DNA from: Lama glama
Lineage: Eukaryota
Assembly (NCBI GenBank): GCA_028534125.1
Contig: CM052818.1
Location: forward strand, 44,704,232 to 44,768,000
Direction of reading: 5' to 3'
Length of the DNA: 63,769 bases
Below are positions 52,238-63,769 of the stretch, piece by piece; position 1 is the stretch's first letter; every line of letters begins with the position of its first letter. The notes beneath the pieces are model-generated. The model was given only the letters and a program-made list of their open reading frames with translations. It had not been told where the DNA came from and did no database searches. Made by a program: the position numbers and the translations under genes.

Positions 52238-54741
52238 ACCAACAGAAGAAAGGAAGAAGACAGGGAAGAAAGAGATCCCCTCTCTTTGCCTCTCTTTGCC
52301 TGGATGGAGAATCAGCAAATCTGAATTTAGTTGCAGCATCTATGAACATCAGACCCTCTGACCCTCTGATTTGGTTCCTTGACTCATCAAAGAAGCCGGA
52401 GTCAGGAGACCTGGAGCTGAGGAAAGCAAAGGAAGAAGCAGACGTTGGCTCCACTCCAGCTGTGTGTGTAACATATCAGACACTTGCCAGGGGCTTTGGG
52501 TCACAGGTGTGCAAACCTGGGATGTGCAGGGTAAATCCTTCCCCCCTGCCATCAAGGAGCCAGGGCTCACCTGTGTCAATGTTGTTACGTTTAATACCAC
52601 CTTTCCCCCAAATTGGAGTGTGGACAATACGCTTCGGAGAGACGAGAAAAGAGAGATCAGGCAAACACAGGGGAGGTTTCTTAGAAAACTGCAACTCTGC
52701 TGGACTTTCAAATGGAGAGGATGTGGACAAGCAAGAGGAGGGGTCACCCCATTAACCGTCTTCAGTGCCTCAAATTCTCGCAGCGTAACAGGTCTTGCAA
52801 TAAAGAAAAGGAACATTAGAACCACCCATCATGGCTACTGTCTGAAAAAGCTTGCAACTGACTCCCAGTCCACGTGGCTCTATCTCTACTGGAGGTTCCC
52901 AGGTAGACCACCTGACAGCCAGCTCAGAAAACTCAGAAGGCTAGGGCCCCCGGCCCCCTTCAGCTCCATCTGCTGTTGCATTCAAAGGCCTGGAAGAAAG
53001 CTTTGCAGAAACATCAAGTTTTCACAGGCAGCTTGGAAAGCACCAGAGTCAGCGGGCTGCCCACTGACCTGGCCACCATGCCTCACTCCTGCCCCACCCC
53101 CTCGAGCCCCTGCAGCAGCTGCCTATTGCTCTGTGGTTAAGTTCTCTCATCTTTAACAAACCCCAAAGGTTGGCTGGGCAGGCCCCCACCTGCCTGCCTG
53201 GCTGCACATTTCTGCCCTCCAGACATCCCCCTCCCCTGCAGACACTTGCCACATGGCCGAGCCCTTCAATGTTCACACTGCCTCCTGGGTCAGGACAACC
53301 CCCACCCCCAGCCCCGCCAGCACTGCAGTTACTGCTAAGTCATCTTCAGATCAAGTTCCAGTCTAGGTCAGGTTTCTTCCCTCTCTGCAACTTTCTTCTC
53401 ATCTGAAGGCATCCCTCCTTATTCATTTAGGGCTCGTGTGACAAAAACCGTCTCCCTGCTCCCCCAGCTGAATACCCAGGCACACAGGGGCCACAGGGGT
53501 GGGTTCACCAGTCTGCCCCTGGTGCCTGACACACAGCAGATGCTCAGTAAATACCCACTGTAGCAATAAGCAGACACGGCAGCTTCGATGCCAGCTTCAC
53601 TGCAGAGCAGCAAGTGAACTGTTCTGTCTCTCTGCCCCCCTGCGCCCACCCTGAAGGCTGACCAACACTAAACGCTACCATTTCCCCCAATCTAATAGTT
53701 ACTGCAGCATCCATTACCACTGCTTGCCTTCCAATGTCTGTTTACAAGTTTGATCACTTTCGTCATGTGTTACAACGTATTGATTTGTTATCGGATTTCC
53801 TCAAGGACAAAATCAATATCCTGGTGTGGTGTCCATTATGGATCATGGTCTTGATGGCTGCGTGCCTTTCTCTAAGCTCGATACACATAACACAGAGATT
53901 TGGAAATGTTTTTGATTGAGCATCGCAGAAATAATACTGAAGCAAAATTAACAGTTGGGTGGAAATATTGTCCTTCTGCCAAAGTATATCAAGACTGAAA
54001 GAGAATTTTAAGATAATAAAGGGCAGCTGCTGCTGCACTGACTTTCCCTGGCTTGTTGGCGAGTCTCTGATTGTTCTACCACATCAGTAATTACTGAGGA
54101 TAAGACGCAGCCTTTTTTTTTTTTTTAATTCTTCTTTCTCCACAGAAATTGGCAATGAGAATTTCCAAGGAAACCAATAAAAGAGAACGTGACATCTTCC
54201 AACGACCTCACAACTACAAGGCTGCTGGGGTTGGGGAGGTCCGCTCTGACCTCGCCACGCGTGACACTTCTATCCAAGCTAGGGACGGAGACGAGGCCCC
54301 CACAACCACAACGTGGCCTCCTAATCCCCTGGAAATCTTCTCTCCTTCCAGTGAGCACTCCTCCTGCTCCTTTCCCAGCACCACCTGCGAAGCCTAACCC
54401 CACCCCCCACCCCCACCCCCACCCAGCCCCCGCCAGAAGCTGGATGGCTCGTTGGCACCAACACAGCCTTGAGGCCGAATTGACTTTGGTTTGAGTCCAA
54501 TTTGACCCCTTCTGGCTGCATGACCCTGTCTTTGGGGCTTTCTCAGTCTCTGCTCCTCAACTGTGAAATGGAGACAATACAACTTACCTCTGTAAAAAAA
54601 AAACTAAAATAATAATAATAAATAAAATTTTAAAAAGTAAAATACATAAACAAGAAAAAAGAAAAAATTTAAAATAAAAAAGAAAAATTAAAAACAAACA
54701 AAATATAGAACAAAACTTCCCTCTGTGGGTTCATCACAATC

Positions 54742-54864
54742 TTTTTTTTTTTTTCCTGGTTGGGGGGAGGTAATTAGCTTTGTTTATTTATTGTTTTTAG
54801 GGGAGGTACTGGGGATTGAACCTGGGACCTTGTGCATGCTCTACCACTTGAGCTATACCTCCCC
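54742..54864 (-). mobile_element. tRNA-derived SINE (same family)
   Basis: Reverse complement ggggaggtatagctcaagtggtagagcatgcacaaggtcccaggttcaatccccagtacctcc...ctaattacctcccc plus poly(A). Confidence 0.85.
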
Positions 54865-55925
54865 TTCAGTCATTTAATTATGCATTCATTCCACTTCTGT
54901 GAGCCTTCACTACATGAAGTGCTACAGATCAAATGATACGTAAAGTAGATGGAGATACAGATGAAGTATCTGATACAATGTTTGTGGCCAATAAATATTT
55001 TCATCATATTTGTCACTATTGCCTTTATTCAGGTAAACTATTAAAGGAGCAAACAGATGAACTGAGGAAGTGCCAAGCTGCATTGGTTCTGTAAACTTAA
55101 ATGGAAATCTAGGCTCTAATAAGTTTTAAAAAATAATCCATTCAGCCCAAACATAAATAAAAAGGGAACCCTAAGAGTATGATTCCTGAAAACAAAACAA
55201 AGCAAACCTGGTACAACGTAGAAGTAGGTACTTCACATGTTTCTGTGGTTGGACACATCTCAGGATTATGTTTCTCTTTTGTAAAAGTATAATATAGGAA
55301 GAATCGAAAAGCATCTTCCCTCTGTAATGAACTGGCTTGGAGCAATTCAGGAAACATGTCTGAAATACTTTGCAACCCATCATGGAAAGAATTCCATCAT
55401 GGAAACAAGACAGCCTGCCCTCAGTCTTTTGCCTCTCAGCTCCCACGACCACTGTGGCAGTTTACTCAGAAGAGCTTAGGACCTAAATGAATAACTGCAG
55501 AGTCACAGGGAGCAACACTGAATCGCAGGGACTGAACATGGTCATTGGTCGGGAGGCCGCAGCGCTCGGCGGGGGTCCCATGGGTGCTCAGGGGATGGGG
55601 CCCTGGTTCCTGTCTTCAAAAACTGGGTAATCCAAGGGGGAAAGGCTCAGGCAAACACACAACGATATGCAGTGTGGCCAGCGCAGAGACACAGCCTGTC
55701 ACAGTGTGTGACTGAGGACTCCGAGATGGGACCACAACCTTAAGCCCTGCATCTCAGCCAAGTCACCTCATGGCTGAAAATGCAGAGTGAACTGGCATCT
55801 CATGATCTATTACATTTCTTACATCACAGGCTAACACTGAACTCAAACTAGTTTGCCAGGACTCTATACTTGCTCTCTTCATTGTTTCTTAGCCAAAAGT
55901 TGGCCTAGGAAAAGGCATTGGTGGA

Positions 55926-56130
55926 GGGGGCCGGAAGGTATAGCTCAGTGGTAGAGTTTGTGCTTAGCATGCACGAAATCCCCAGGACCTCCATTAAAAA
56001 TAAATAAGTAAGTAAGTAAGTAAATAAATAAGCAAACAAACAAACAAACAAACCTAATCACCCCCACAAAGTACCCCAAACAAATACAAAAAAAAAAGAA
56101 GAAAAGAAAATGATCTTAAAAGAAAAAAAA
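55926..56130 (+). mobile_element. tRNA-derived SINE (same family, B-box region deleted)
   Basis: ggtatagctcagtggtagagtttgtgcttagcatgcacgaa/atccccaggacctccattaaaa followed by a (taag)n/(caaa)n tail. Confidence 0.82.
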
Positions 56131-58109
56131 ATTTTTTTTAAGAAAAATACACCAGGGACCCATCTACTGTATCCCTCATCAGACTTTCTCCACAGGGTGC
56201 CCCTGTGGTCAGACGTCTGACTAGGATCCATCCCTTGCTGTAAAGATGTCCAGTACCCACTACGTGTTCATGAAAACTGAGTCAGTCTCAGCGGTTACCA
56301 TTTCCAAGCAGCTGGACCATTTTAACTATCAAAGTAGCAATCTGTTACTTGAATGATAGTTTACAAAGTTCCTATAAGCAAAGCAGGTAATTTTATACAC
56401 AAAGTTTTCCTTGCTACAGTGGGAATTGTTTGCTAAGCAGAAAAGGCAAGAATTGCCACCTTAATTTTTTTAAAGCAAGAATTCTACAATGTGAAGAAAT
56501 TATGCAAAAATGATACACAACAGAATGCTCTGCAGATACCAAAATATGTGTTGTAGAATATTTATAGTAATGAGAAGCTTAAAAGAGCCTAGCACACTGA
56601 CAGGAACATTGTGTATATTCCATATAATACAATTACATGATATATGATAGCAGTTTTTGTAAAATTTCTGTTAGAGATGTCCACGAGAAAGACAGCAGGA
56701 ATGTCCCAAAACGCCAACAACAATGGTTTGTTTCTAGGTAGAGGAATTAGTTCTTTGTTTTGTATTTTTCTGTTTTGTAAAGTTTTTGGAAACTCACACA
56801 TATAACATTTGAAATTTGAAGAAAACACTTTTTACTCTTTTAATCAGGTTAGTAAATAAATAAATTTTCCTCAGAAGAAGACAGAGATGGATATACATGG
56901 ATAATGCAACTATTACTGATTAGCTCTTGCCTGGAATTACTAGCCGGATGGAAGCCGGGCGGGCGGGGTGGGGCGGGATCTGCGCTCCAGGGCTCCCTGT
57001 GGGGAGACCTCTTCCACAGTCGGGGCAAAGGACAGAGCCAGATAACAGGGTTTAGACATGTCTTTGATGTCCTCAGCCATCATCCCGGACAGCTGAGCAG
57101 TGGAAACAAAAGATCATTCTGGCAGTACTGGCCCCAGCCTGCCTCTGGGCTCCCACCTTTTGGTGCTGACCTCTGCACTTACACACACAGGCCCCATCTG
57201 CAGTGTGGACAGCAGTGTGAAAACCTCTCCAGATTCAGCCAATGGGGAACAATTTCTTCTCTTTTTTGTTTTCCCAAACTAGCTTTGTTATCTTCATGTC
57301 CCAGCTGGTAAAAGAAATGAGCGAAAAAAAAAAAAAAAACCAAAACACCACCAAACCAAACAATCGTCCTTCACAAATTAATAATTTTGTGTTTACAGGG
57401 ATTATCTCGGGGTATAGGGATTACAGATAAATCCCCTTGAACTGTGCTAGCTACTTTTTCTCCAATGAGCATGTGTGCAGAACAATGCAAAACATTTAAA
57501 AATAATCACAACAATTTTTAAAGTGAAGTATAGTCAGTCTACAATGTTTAATCACAACGATTTAAAAAATGTAATCTCACACTTCCATTGCACTAGAGTT
57601 CTGCGTGTTCTAGACACAAGTTTGGAGACAGCCAGCTCCTGGAGGTCACCCTGGGGGTTGGGGTGGGGGAAACAGCACAGGAGCTGACAGCTGAAATCAC
57701 AAGAGATCAGGCAGGGCTGCAGCTGACGGAAGAGACAAAGTGGGAACCTAACCTGGCCATGCCCATGCCTACCACAAGGTCAATTCCACCCGCAGGTCAG
57801 CGTGCCCCAGGTTGACCCAGAACACCCAGCGTCACCACCCGTGCCTAAAAGAGGAAGCTGCCCAGCTGCATAGCAGTGGCAAAACTCCAGAGGAATTCTG
57901 CCTCCCACCCAGAGTGTCTGAGCCCTGCCTCTCACTCCCTCCACTGCCAAGTCCTGACCCCCAGTGTCCCTAAGCTGAAGTGTTCTTACAGATCTCTTGA
58001 CTGTAATCAGCTCTACAAGCATCTCAAGTTTATTGTACAAATTGTAGGCACTTACCTGGCCCAGTATATTTGACATGATAATAAAAAGCACCGATTCTTA
58101 AAATCTTAA

Positions 58110-58385
58110 AAGAAAGGAGGAGGGATACATTGGGAGTTTGGGATTTGTAGATACTAACTACTGTATATAAAATAGATAAACAGCAAGGTCTCGCTGTAGA
58201 GCACAGGGAACTGTATTCATTATCTTATAACAACCTTCAATAAAAATTATGAAAATGAATATATGTATATATATGCATGACTGGGACATTATGCTGTACA
58301 CCAGAAATTGACACATTGTAACTGACTATGCTCCAATAAAATAAGTAAATAAATAATAAAAATAGATTGAAAGTAAAAAAAAAAG
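58110..58385 (+). mobile_element. L1 3' end fragment
   Basis: gggatacattgggagtttgggatttgtagatactaactactg...ccagaaattgacacattgtaactgactat plus A tail. Boundaries approximate. Confidence 0.85.
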
Positions 58386-58394
58386 GGGGGGGGC

Positions 58395-59285
58395 AAAAGA
58401 CATAGAGACATTTTACCAAAGAGGATAAACAGAAAGCACGTAAGTGAGGAAAAGATGCTCAGCTTCATTAGCCAACAAGAAAATACAAATTAAACTGACC
58501 ATAAGATATCACTACACACCCATCAGAATGTCTAAAATAAAAAATAATGACAGTACCAAATGTCGTCAAGAATGCAGAGAAACTGGATCTTTATACATTG
58601 CTGGTGGGAATGTAAAATGGTACAGCCACTTTGGAAAACTGTTTTGCAGTTTCTTAGAAAATTGAACGTGCAAGTACCATGAGACCCAGTAGTTGCACTC
58701 TCGAATATTTATCCTATAGAAATTAACTGTTACGTGTACACAAAAACCTGTACACAAACGTCAACACTAGTTTTATCTGTAACAGCTAAAACCTGGAAAC
58801 AATTCAGGTTATCTTTCAACAGGTTAATGATTACACTGTGGTACATTCATAGGTTTAGAATACAATTCACCAATAAAAAGGAATGAACTATTAATACTCA
58901 GAAGAACTGAGATGAATCTCCAGGGAATTATGCTCAGGCAGAGGGTGGGGGAAGCAATCTCAGGAGATCACACACTAAGTAATTCCATTTTTATAACATC
59001 CCTGAATCAACAAAATTACAGAACTAAAGAAGAGATCAGTGATTGCCAGGGGTCAGGGACAAGTGATGGCAAGAGTGAGAGGGAAACAGCTGTGGCCCCA
59101 AGAGAGACATGGTACTGGGACAATTCCATATCTTGACTGTATCACTGTTGCAATATCATACTATAGTTTTTCAAGATGTTACCATTGGGAGAAACTGAAT
59201 AGAGGGTACATAAGAGCTCTGGATTATTTCTTACAACTGTATGTTGTAAGAATCTAAAATTATCTCAAAATTAAAATGTTAATTC
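58395..59285 (+). mobile_element. Older L1M-type fragment (L1MC/MB-like)
   Basis: Degenerate ORF2 end (RYHYTPIRMSKIK..., attgctggtgggaatgtaaaatggtacagccactttggaaaac) and a 3' UTR typical of ancient L1. Confidence 0.8.
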
Positions 59286-60390
59286 AAAATAAATATAAAT
59301 CAGCATTTTCAAAAAGATACTCTTCTTGTGAGCAACTTGCCATGACGCTGCTACCTGGGCAGGAGAGAGAGCTCTTGTCTAGACAGCTTGCTTTGTTAAT
59401 CAGACACTGGAGTGTGGCCACAGGGCTGGGGAAGATGCTCCCTGCCCTTGTCGCTGCATCAGAAATCTCTCTGGGAATTTTTAAGCTTCATACAATATTA
59501 ATGGGGATTAGAAGGGCACGTCCAATGGCCCCATCTGAACCTACTCCTTTTCACCTGTGTAATTGACCTCAGATACATATAAACCAAGGGGGTTAAAATC
59601 CCAACAAAGCACTTTTGTTCCCTTCCATGATGATCAAATCACTGAAAGAAGACCCTGTTGGTGACCTCAGCCCCAACCTGAGAGGCAGCTGCGTCCCTGT
59701 GAGCTGAGAGCAGTCAGGGGCCAGTGCTGGGTCTCAACAGACCAAGAGCCGGAGGTTGAGAAACTGGATTCTTGAGAATAACCATGGCAGCAACTCCAAC
59801 AGAAGAGAAGTGAAAGGAAAGAGAAGAACCACCCGGAACCAGGACAGACAGAACTCTGCAGTCAGACAGCGGGAGGCTTGAAATTCAGCTGGTTTTCCTC
59901 ATCTGTAAAACGGGGCGATCATTACATCACAAGGTTGCTGCTAAAAGTAGATGAAAGGGAACACAGATTCACGGAGGTGCTCAGGGAGGCTGGGCCCTTC
60001 CTTCCCCGACTTGTCCAAATTCCACAGCAGCGAAAATCCTGCTTATTTGGGAAAAAGACCCTTATCCTGAGAGTCAGGAGACTGATGCACACGAGGCTTA
60101 GAGCTCAGTCTCTGGGCCCAGGAGGTTTGTGTCCACACTGTTTCTGCCACTTTCTGGCATGTGGTCTTGGACAAGCTCCTCAATGTCTCTGTGCCTCAGT
60201 TCTATAAATGAGGGTGATGATAATAGCGCCCACCTCATAAGGTACATCGTGAAGTGCTTGGGAAAGTGCAGGACCCCAGTTTTTTCCATGTGTCCTTTTG
60301 GGTAATATTTTGATCAGAAGAAACAAGAAAATATCCTTAGGACCATTTTTTTAAGTTCTTGAAAAACAATTACCCAGTATGATAAAAGTA

Positions 60391-60466
60391 TTAGGCTAAA
60401 CCGTACGAAATTGCCGTTATACCATTTTGATCTACAAAAATACCGATTTCATATGGTTCCACCCAG
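60391..60466. mobile_element. MADE2-like mariner-derived MITE
   Basis: ttaggctaaaccgtacgaaattgcc...gatttcatatggttccaccc, an imperfect palindrome of about 80 bp preceded by TA. Confidence 0.75.
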
Positions 60467-60879
60467 CAGGTACATCTCTGGGCCTCAGATTCTGAGGCTG
60501 TGGTGAGGCTCAGGGATGATGTAAAACGCTCGCGTGAAGCCGGGGCTTCGTGAACGACAGCGACCAATTGTGCAAAACCACCAACTTCTTCCCGGTTACG
60601 ATGCTCAAAGAACACAACTCACAGGCAACATCTCTAAAGAAAAAGAGGTGAGACATGCAGATGATGGTAGAGGTCCAGTTCCCCATGCACACCAGCCGCC
60701 ATCACATGAGGGGACCCGAGAGGTCACAGGGTGACCCAGCGCAAACACCACAGGGACTGAGCAAGAGGTGTGGGTGGCAGTGGAAAGTGAGCACCACTGT
60801 GTTCGGGCCCAAAGACAGGCTGTGGGCGATAATACAATAGCACTAATAAAGAGGAGGAGGAAGAAGTAGTTTGGCCTCT

Positions 60880-61085
60880 TTCTACGTACGAGGCAGTGTT
60901 CCAGCACCTGACATGTAACACACTGAATCCTTGCCACTGCTCTACAAGGTGTTTATTACTACTGATCCCATTTTACAGATGAAGAAACAGACCTAGAAGT
61001 GATTAGGTCACTTGCCCAAGTGTAGCCAAGTTCACACTTGACCTTGGGTCCACATGACTCCAGACAGCCAGCTCTTAACTACACT
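60880..61085 (-). mobile_element. MIR SINE
   Basis: cccattttacagatgaagaaacagacctagaagtgattaggtcacttgcccaag, the antisense MIR core. Confidence 0.75.
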
Positions 61086-61304
61086 CCATTAGCTTATGAA
61101 TACCAGCAGGGTAAGGTCGATGGGAAGTCCTATAGCCACTCAGATCACCCCCATTTAAACAAGTGTAGGACTATCATCGTCTAAAGACAAGTCTGAGGAA
61201 GGAAGCTGGAAGTTAGCAGCTTTGTCTGGAATGGACTCCAGATTCCTAGACCAAAGATCCCTTCCAATGGCCTCTTGCCTGGGCAGCTCTAGAATAGCTT
61301 CTAG

Positions 61305-61940
61305 AATGGTCCTTCTCACCCTTCAGGATGCATGAGACTCACCTGGAGAACTTTTGAAAACCCAGATTTGTTATCGAGTCCCTGTGGGGACTTTCAGGGT
61401 CAGACCCCTCCCCCATAGCTTCTGAGGTAGCTCCTCTCTGAACTACCCAGATAATAGTATCTCATGCATATTTCCTGAGTTTTTCAGATGCTAAAAACCG
61501 TTACCAAAGGGAAGAAATTAACTACTTGATGATCAAGAGCACGTTGGCCCCCAGACCTTCTGGTGCCTAGGGGTTGATAGTTTTCACCACCTTGTTATCT
61601 CAACATCAACTAGAGAATTGTGCAGGAGCTGAACACATACCCCGGGGCCCTCCTCCCTTACCTGGCCTTTATGCTTCGCTGAAAGCCTTCAGAGAGTTCG
61701 GGGTTTTCTTGGGCATGAGCCACCCTGTCCTCCTTGCTCCACCCTGCAATAAACCTTTCTCTGCTCCAAACGCCAACCTTTTGGTTTGTTTGGCTTCACG
61801 GTGCATCAGACACATGAACTTGCATTCGGTAACAGATTCATCAAAGATGCTAATTGATAAGGTCTGGGAGAGACGCAAGAGTTTACGTTTCTAACAATTT
61901 CACAAGTGATGCTAACGTAGTTAGTCCACTGATCAAACTA
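61305..61940. mobile_element. MER5-like (hAT-Charlie) element split by the ERV LTR
   Basis: Left part gcatgagactcacctggagaacttttgaaaacccagatt and right part aggtctggg...tttctaacaatttcacaagtgatgctaa join into a MER5A-like sequence once the LTR is removed. Confidence 0.6.
61369..61834 (+). mobile_element. ERV (class I-like) solo LTR
   Basis: Terminal inverted repeat TGTTATCGA...TCGGTAACA (8/9 match), 4-bp TSD gatt (61365-61368 / 61835-61838) and AATAAA at 61748. Confidence 0.85.
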
Positions 61941-62594
61941 GAGGATCCAGAAGATACCTTATAACTCTAACCTCTCATGAGTCTGTGTGATGAGAAGTCA
62001 GGGGAAATGGTTTTAGTGTTGGGGGTACCCTCAGACCCTCATAAGTCCATCTTCTCAGCCTGGCTCTATCCAGCCCTCACTCCCACTTTGGAGTCAGATA
62101 AAAATGGGTTTCCCACTGCTTGCTGCCCATGTAACCCTGGGCAAGTCCACTGGCTTTCCTGCAACTCCATTTCCTCATCTCTACAATGGGTACAATACTC
62201 ACCTCATTGAGTAAGGATTGGTGAGGTGGCCCATGTAAGGTACTTGAGATTAGGACAACTTCTAACTGCTCCTTTCTCCTCTTACCTGTTCTTAATCAGA
62301 TTCATTCCCTCTATGTTCCCAAACACGCCAGCCCAAATACTACTTCTAAACTGTAGCCATTAGTAAGGGTAGCAGCAATACTTTATATGCCCATAGTTGA
62401 CAAACTGCCCCTGGAAGGCAGCTCACACCCTGCGTGTCCCCCCACCACACCTGATGCAACACAACGTGCAACGGTACAGAGTGAGCATTTAATATGGATT
62501 TCTTGATCAAGCGCACTGACTGAATTTGCTCTCAAACCAACATTTTGAGAAGAAAATTTAACCTTCACTTACAGCAGACAGGTTCACTGCCAAT

Positions 62595-62720
62595 CTTACC
62601 ACTAGAATGTAAGCTCCATAAGGGCAGGAATCGCCTGCTCTGTTCACTGCTGGATCTCCAGCACTTAGACTAGTAGCTGGCACACAGTACACACTCACTA
62701 AATATTTCTGTATTAAATAA
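62595..62720 (+). mobile_element. L2 3' end
   Basis: ccactagaatgtaagctccataagggcagg...tgttcactgctggatctccagcacttagactagtagctggcacacagta...aaatatt, the L2 terminal motif. Confidence 0.8.
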
Positions 62721-63769
62721 ACGATGGCATTTTGTTGCTAAAATATGTGTCACCTTTACAGCCCAACATATCTGCAGATATTTAAATTTTGGAAACAATT
62801 TTCTAACTCTGTTGTTTATCTTTGCAAGTGAAGATATCAACAGGTTTTTAATTCATTTTGTTAAAATACAAAATTTCAGAATTTACCAATTAGTTCACAT
62901 CGGAGAACACATATTTATGCAATTCCCATAAAACACTTCCTACATGGTAGATGCCCAAGGATCGTGGTGACTATGGTAATAATTATTTTATTCAGCCAAC
63001 TCTTGTACCCGAAAGCACTGGAATGAAAAGTAGGTGTGAGTCAATGAAATACTCTCATATGAGCTCCGTTTCACCTTTCTCTTGTATTGCCCTCCACACT
63101 TCTCCCAGAGTCCAAGACAGTGCTAAGCACATACCAGATACTTTTACTTGGCAAATATGAAACTAACCAACCTTCCAGCTCAAACTGTCCTACACTGAAG
63201 TCAAGACCTCAGAATAGAACCCTTAATTGTTCCCTAATTGTTTCTGCCAGTATTAGGCTTGGCTCTCTCCAGAGTTCTGTAAGTTCCCTAAAGAACAAAA
63301 GTTCATTCTTCCTTCAAATACTTACTGAGCACGTACTCTGGGAGCCATTGTGCTGGTGCTGGGGCAAAACAGTGAGCAAAAGAGACTTGACCCTTCCCAG
63401 GACTCCCCATGTGCTTCAGGGGAGATAACACATCAAACAAATAAATATGTAATTGTAAATGGGGTGTGTCCCATGAAGTGGTTCTCAACCTCTCCTTTTT
63501 TTTTTTTTATGAAAATTGCCTACATATACCTCATTCAGGAAGGTTTTACCTAATAATTTCTTTCCCCAATCTTTTTGAGTCAAGAACTGTAACTGTCAAT
63601 CAGAGATCCTGATCAACAAAAGATCTCAGTCACTTCACCACTGACACCGTTCTGTATGAAAGGAAGAAGCTGACTTTGGAGTGACTTACTGAGCTTGCTG
63701 ATGGGTGAATGCAGTTTCCAGCAGGCTTTTGTGTCTTTCTTTCGTCTTCTTCTTCTTTTAAGCTTATAG

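Noticed and set aside
52129..53156. Longest ORFs in the track (208 aa and 230 aa, overlapping, plus strand)
   Set aside because: No recognisable protein family, one runs through a (CA)n microsatellite, and there is no supporting splice structure. Consistent with chance ORFs.
60391..60466. Hairpin that could be a miRNA precursor
   Set aside because: Explained by the MADE2-like MITE palindrome, with no independent evidence of processing.
1..63769. CRISPR arrays, operons or another novel multi-gene system
   Set aside because: The sequence is mammalian intronic/upstream DNA. I saw no regularly spaced repeat-spacer array and no second protein-coding gene or processed pseudogene.

Overview
Mammalian genomic DNA, most likely a camelid (inferred from its tRNA-derived SINE family). 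It contains the 5' end of GREB1 (growth regulating estrogen receptor binding 1) on the minus strand. Three coding exons (13432-13588, 8462-8581, 6679-6855; 157+120+177 nt, all GT-AG) splice in frame to [29 protein letters not shown]...[19 protein letters not shown] found no further coding exon in 1-6678, so the gene presumably continues beyond position 1. The other ~50 kb is intron 1/upstream regulatory DNA. It holds three perfect estrogen response elements (30198, 35914, 44990), two imperfect ERE-like candidates further upstream, a perfect CTCF core motif (25538) and many interspersed repeats (L1, SINE, MIR, L2, MaLR and ERV LTRs, Tc1/mariner and hAT elements). The non-coding first exon(s) cannot be placed with confidence. 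I see no evidence of a previously undescribed gene system. Nearly all ORFs in the supplied track look spurious or repeat-derived. The most interesting signals are regulatory: the ERE triad, convergent CTCF motifs, a tandem splice acceptor, a uORF and an inverted L1 pair. Repeat family names and human comparisons come from recall, not from database searches.
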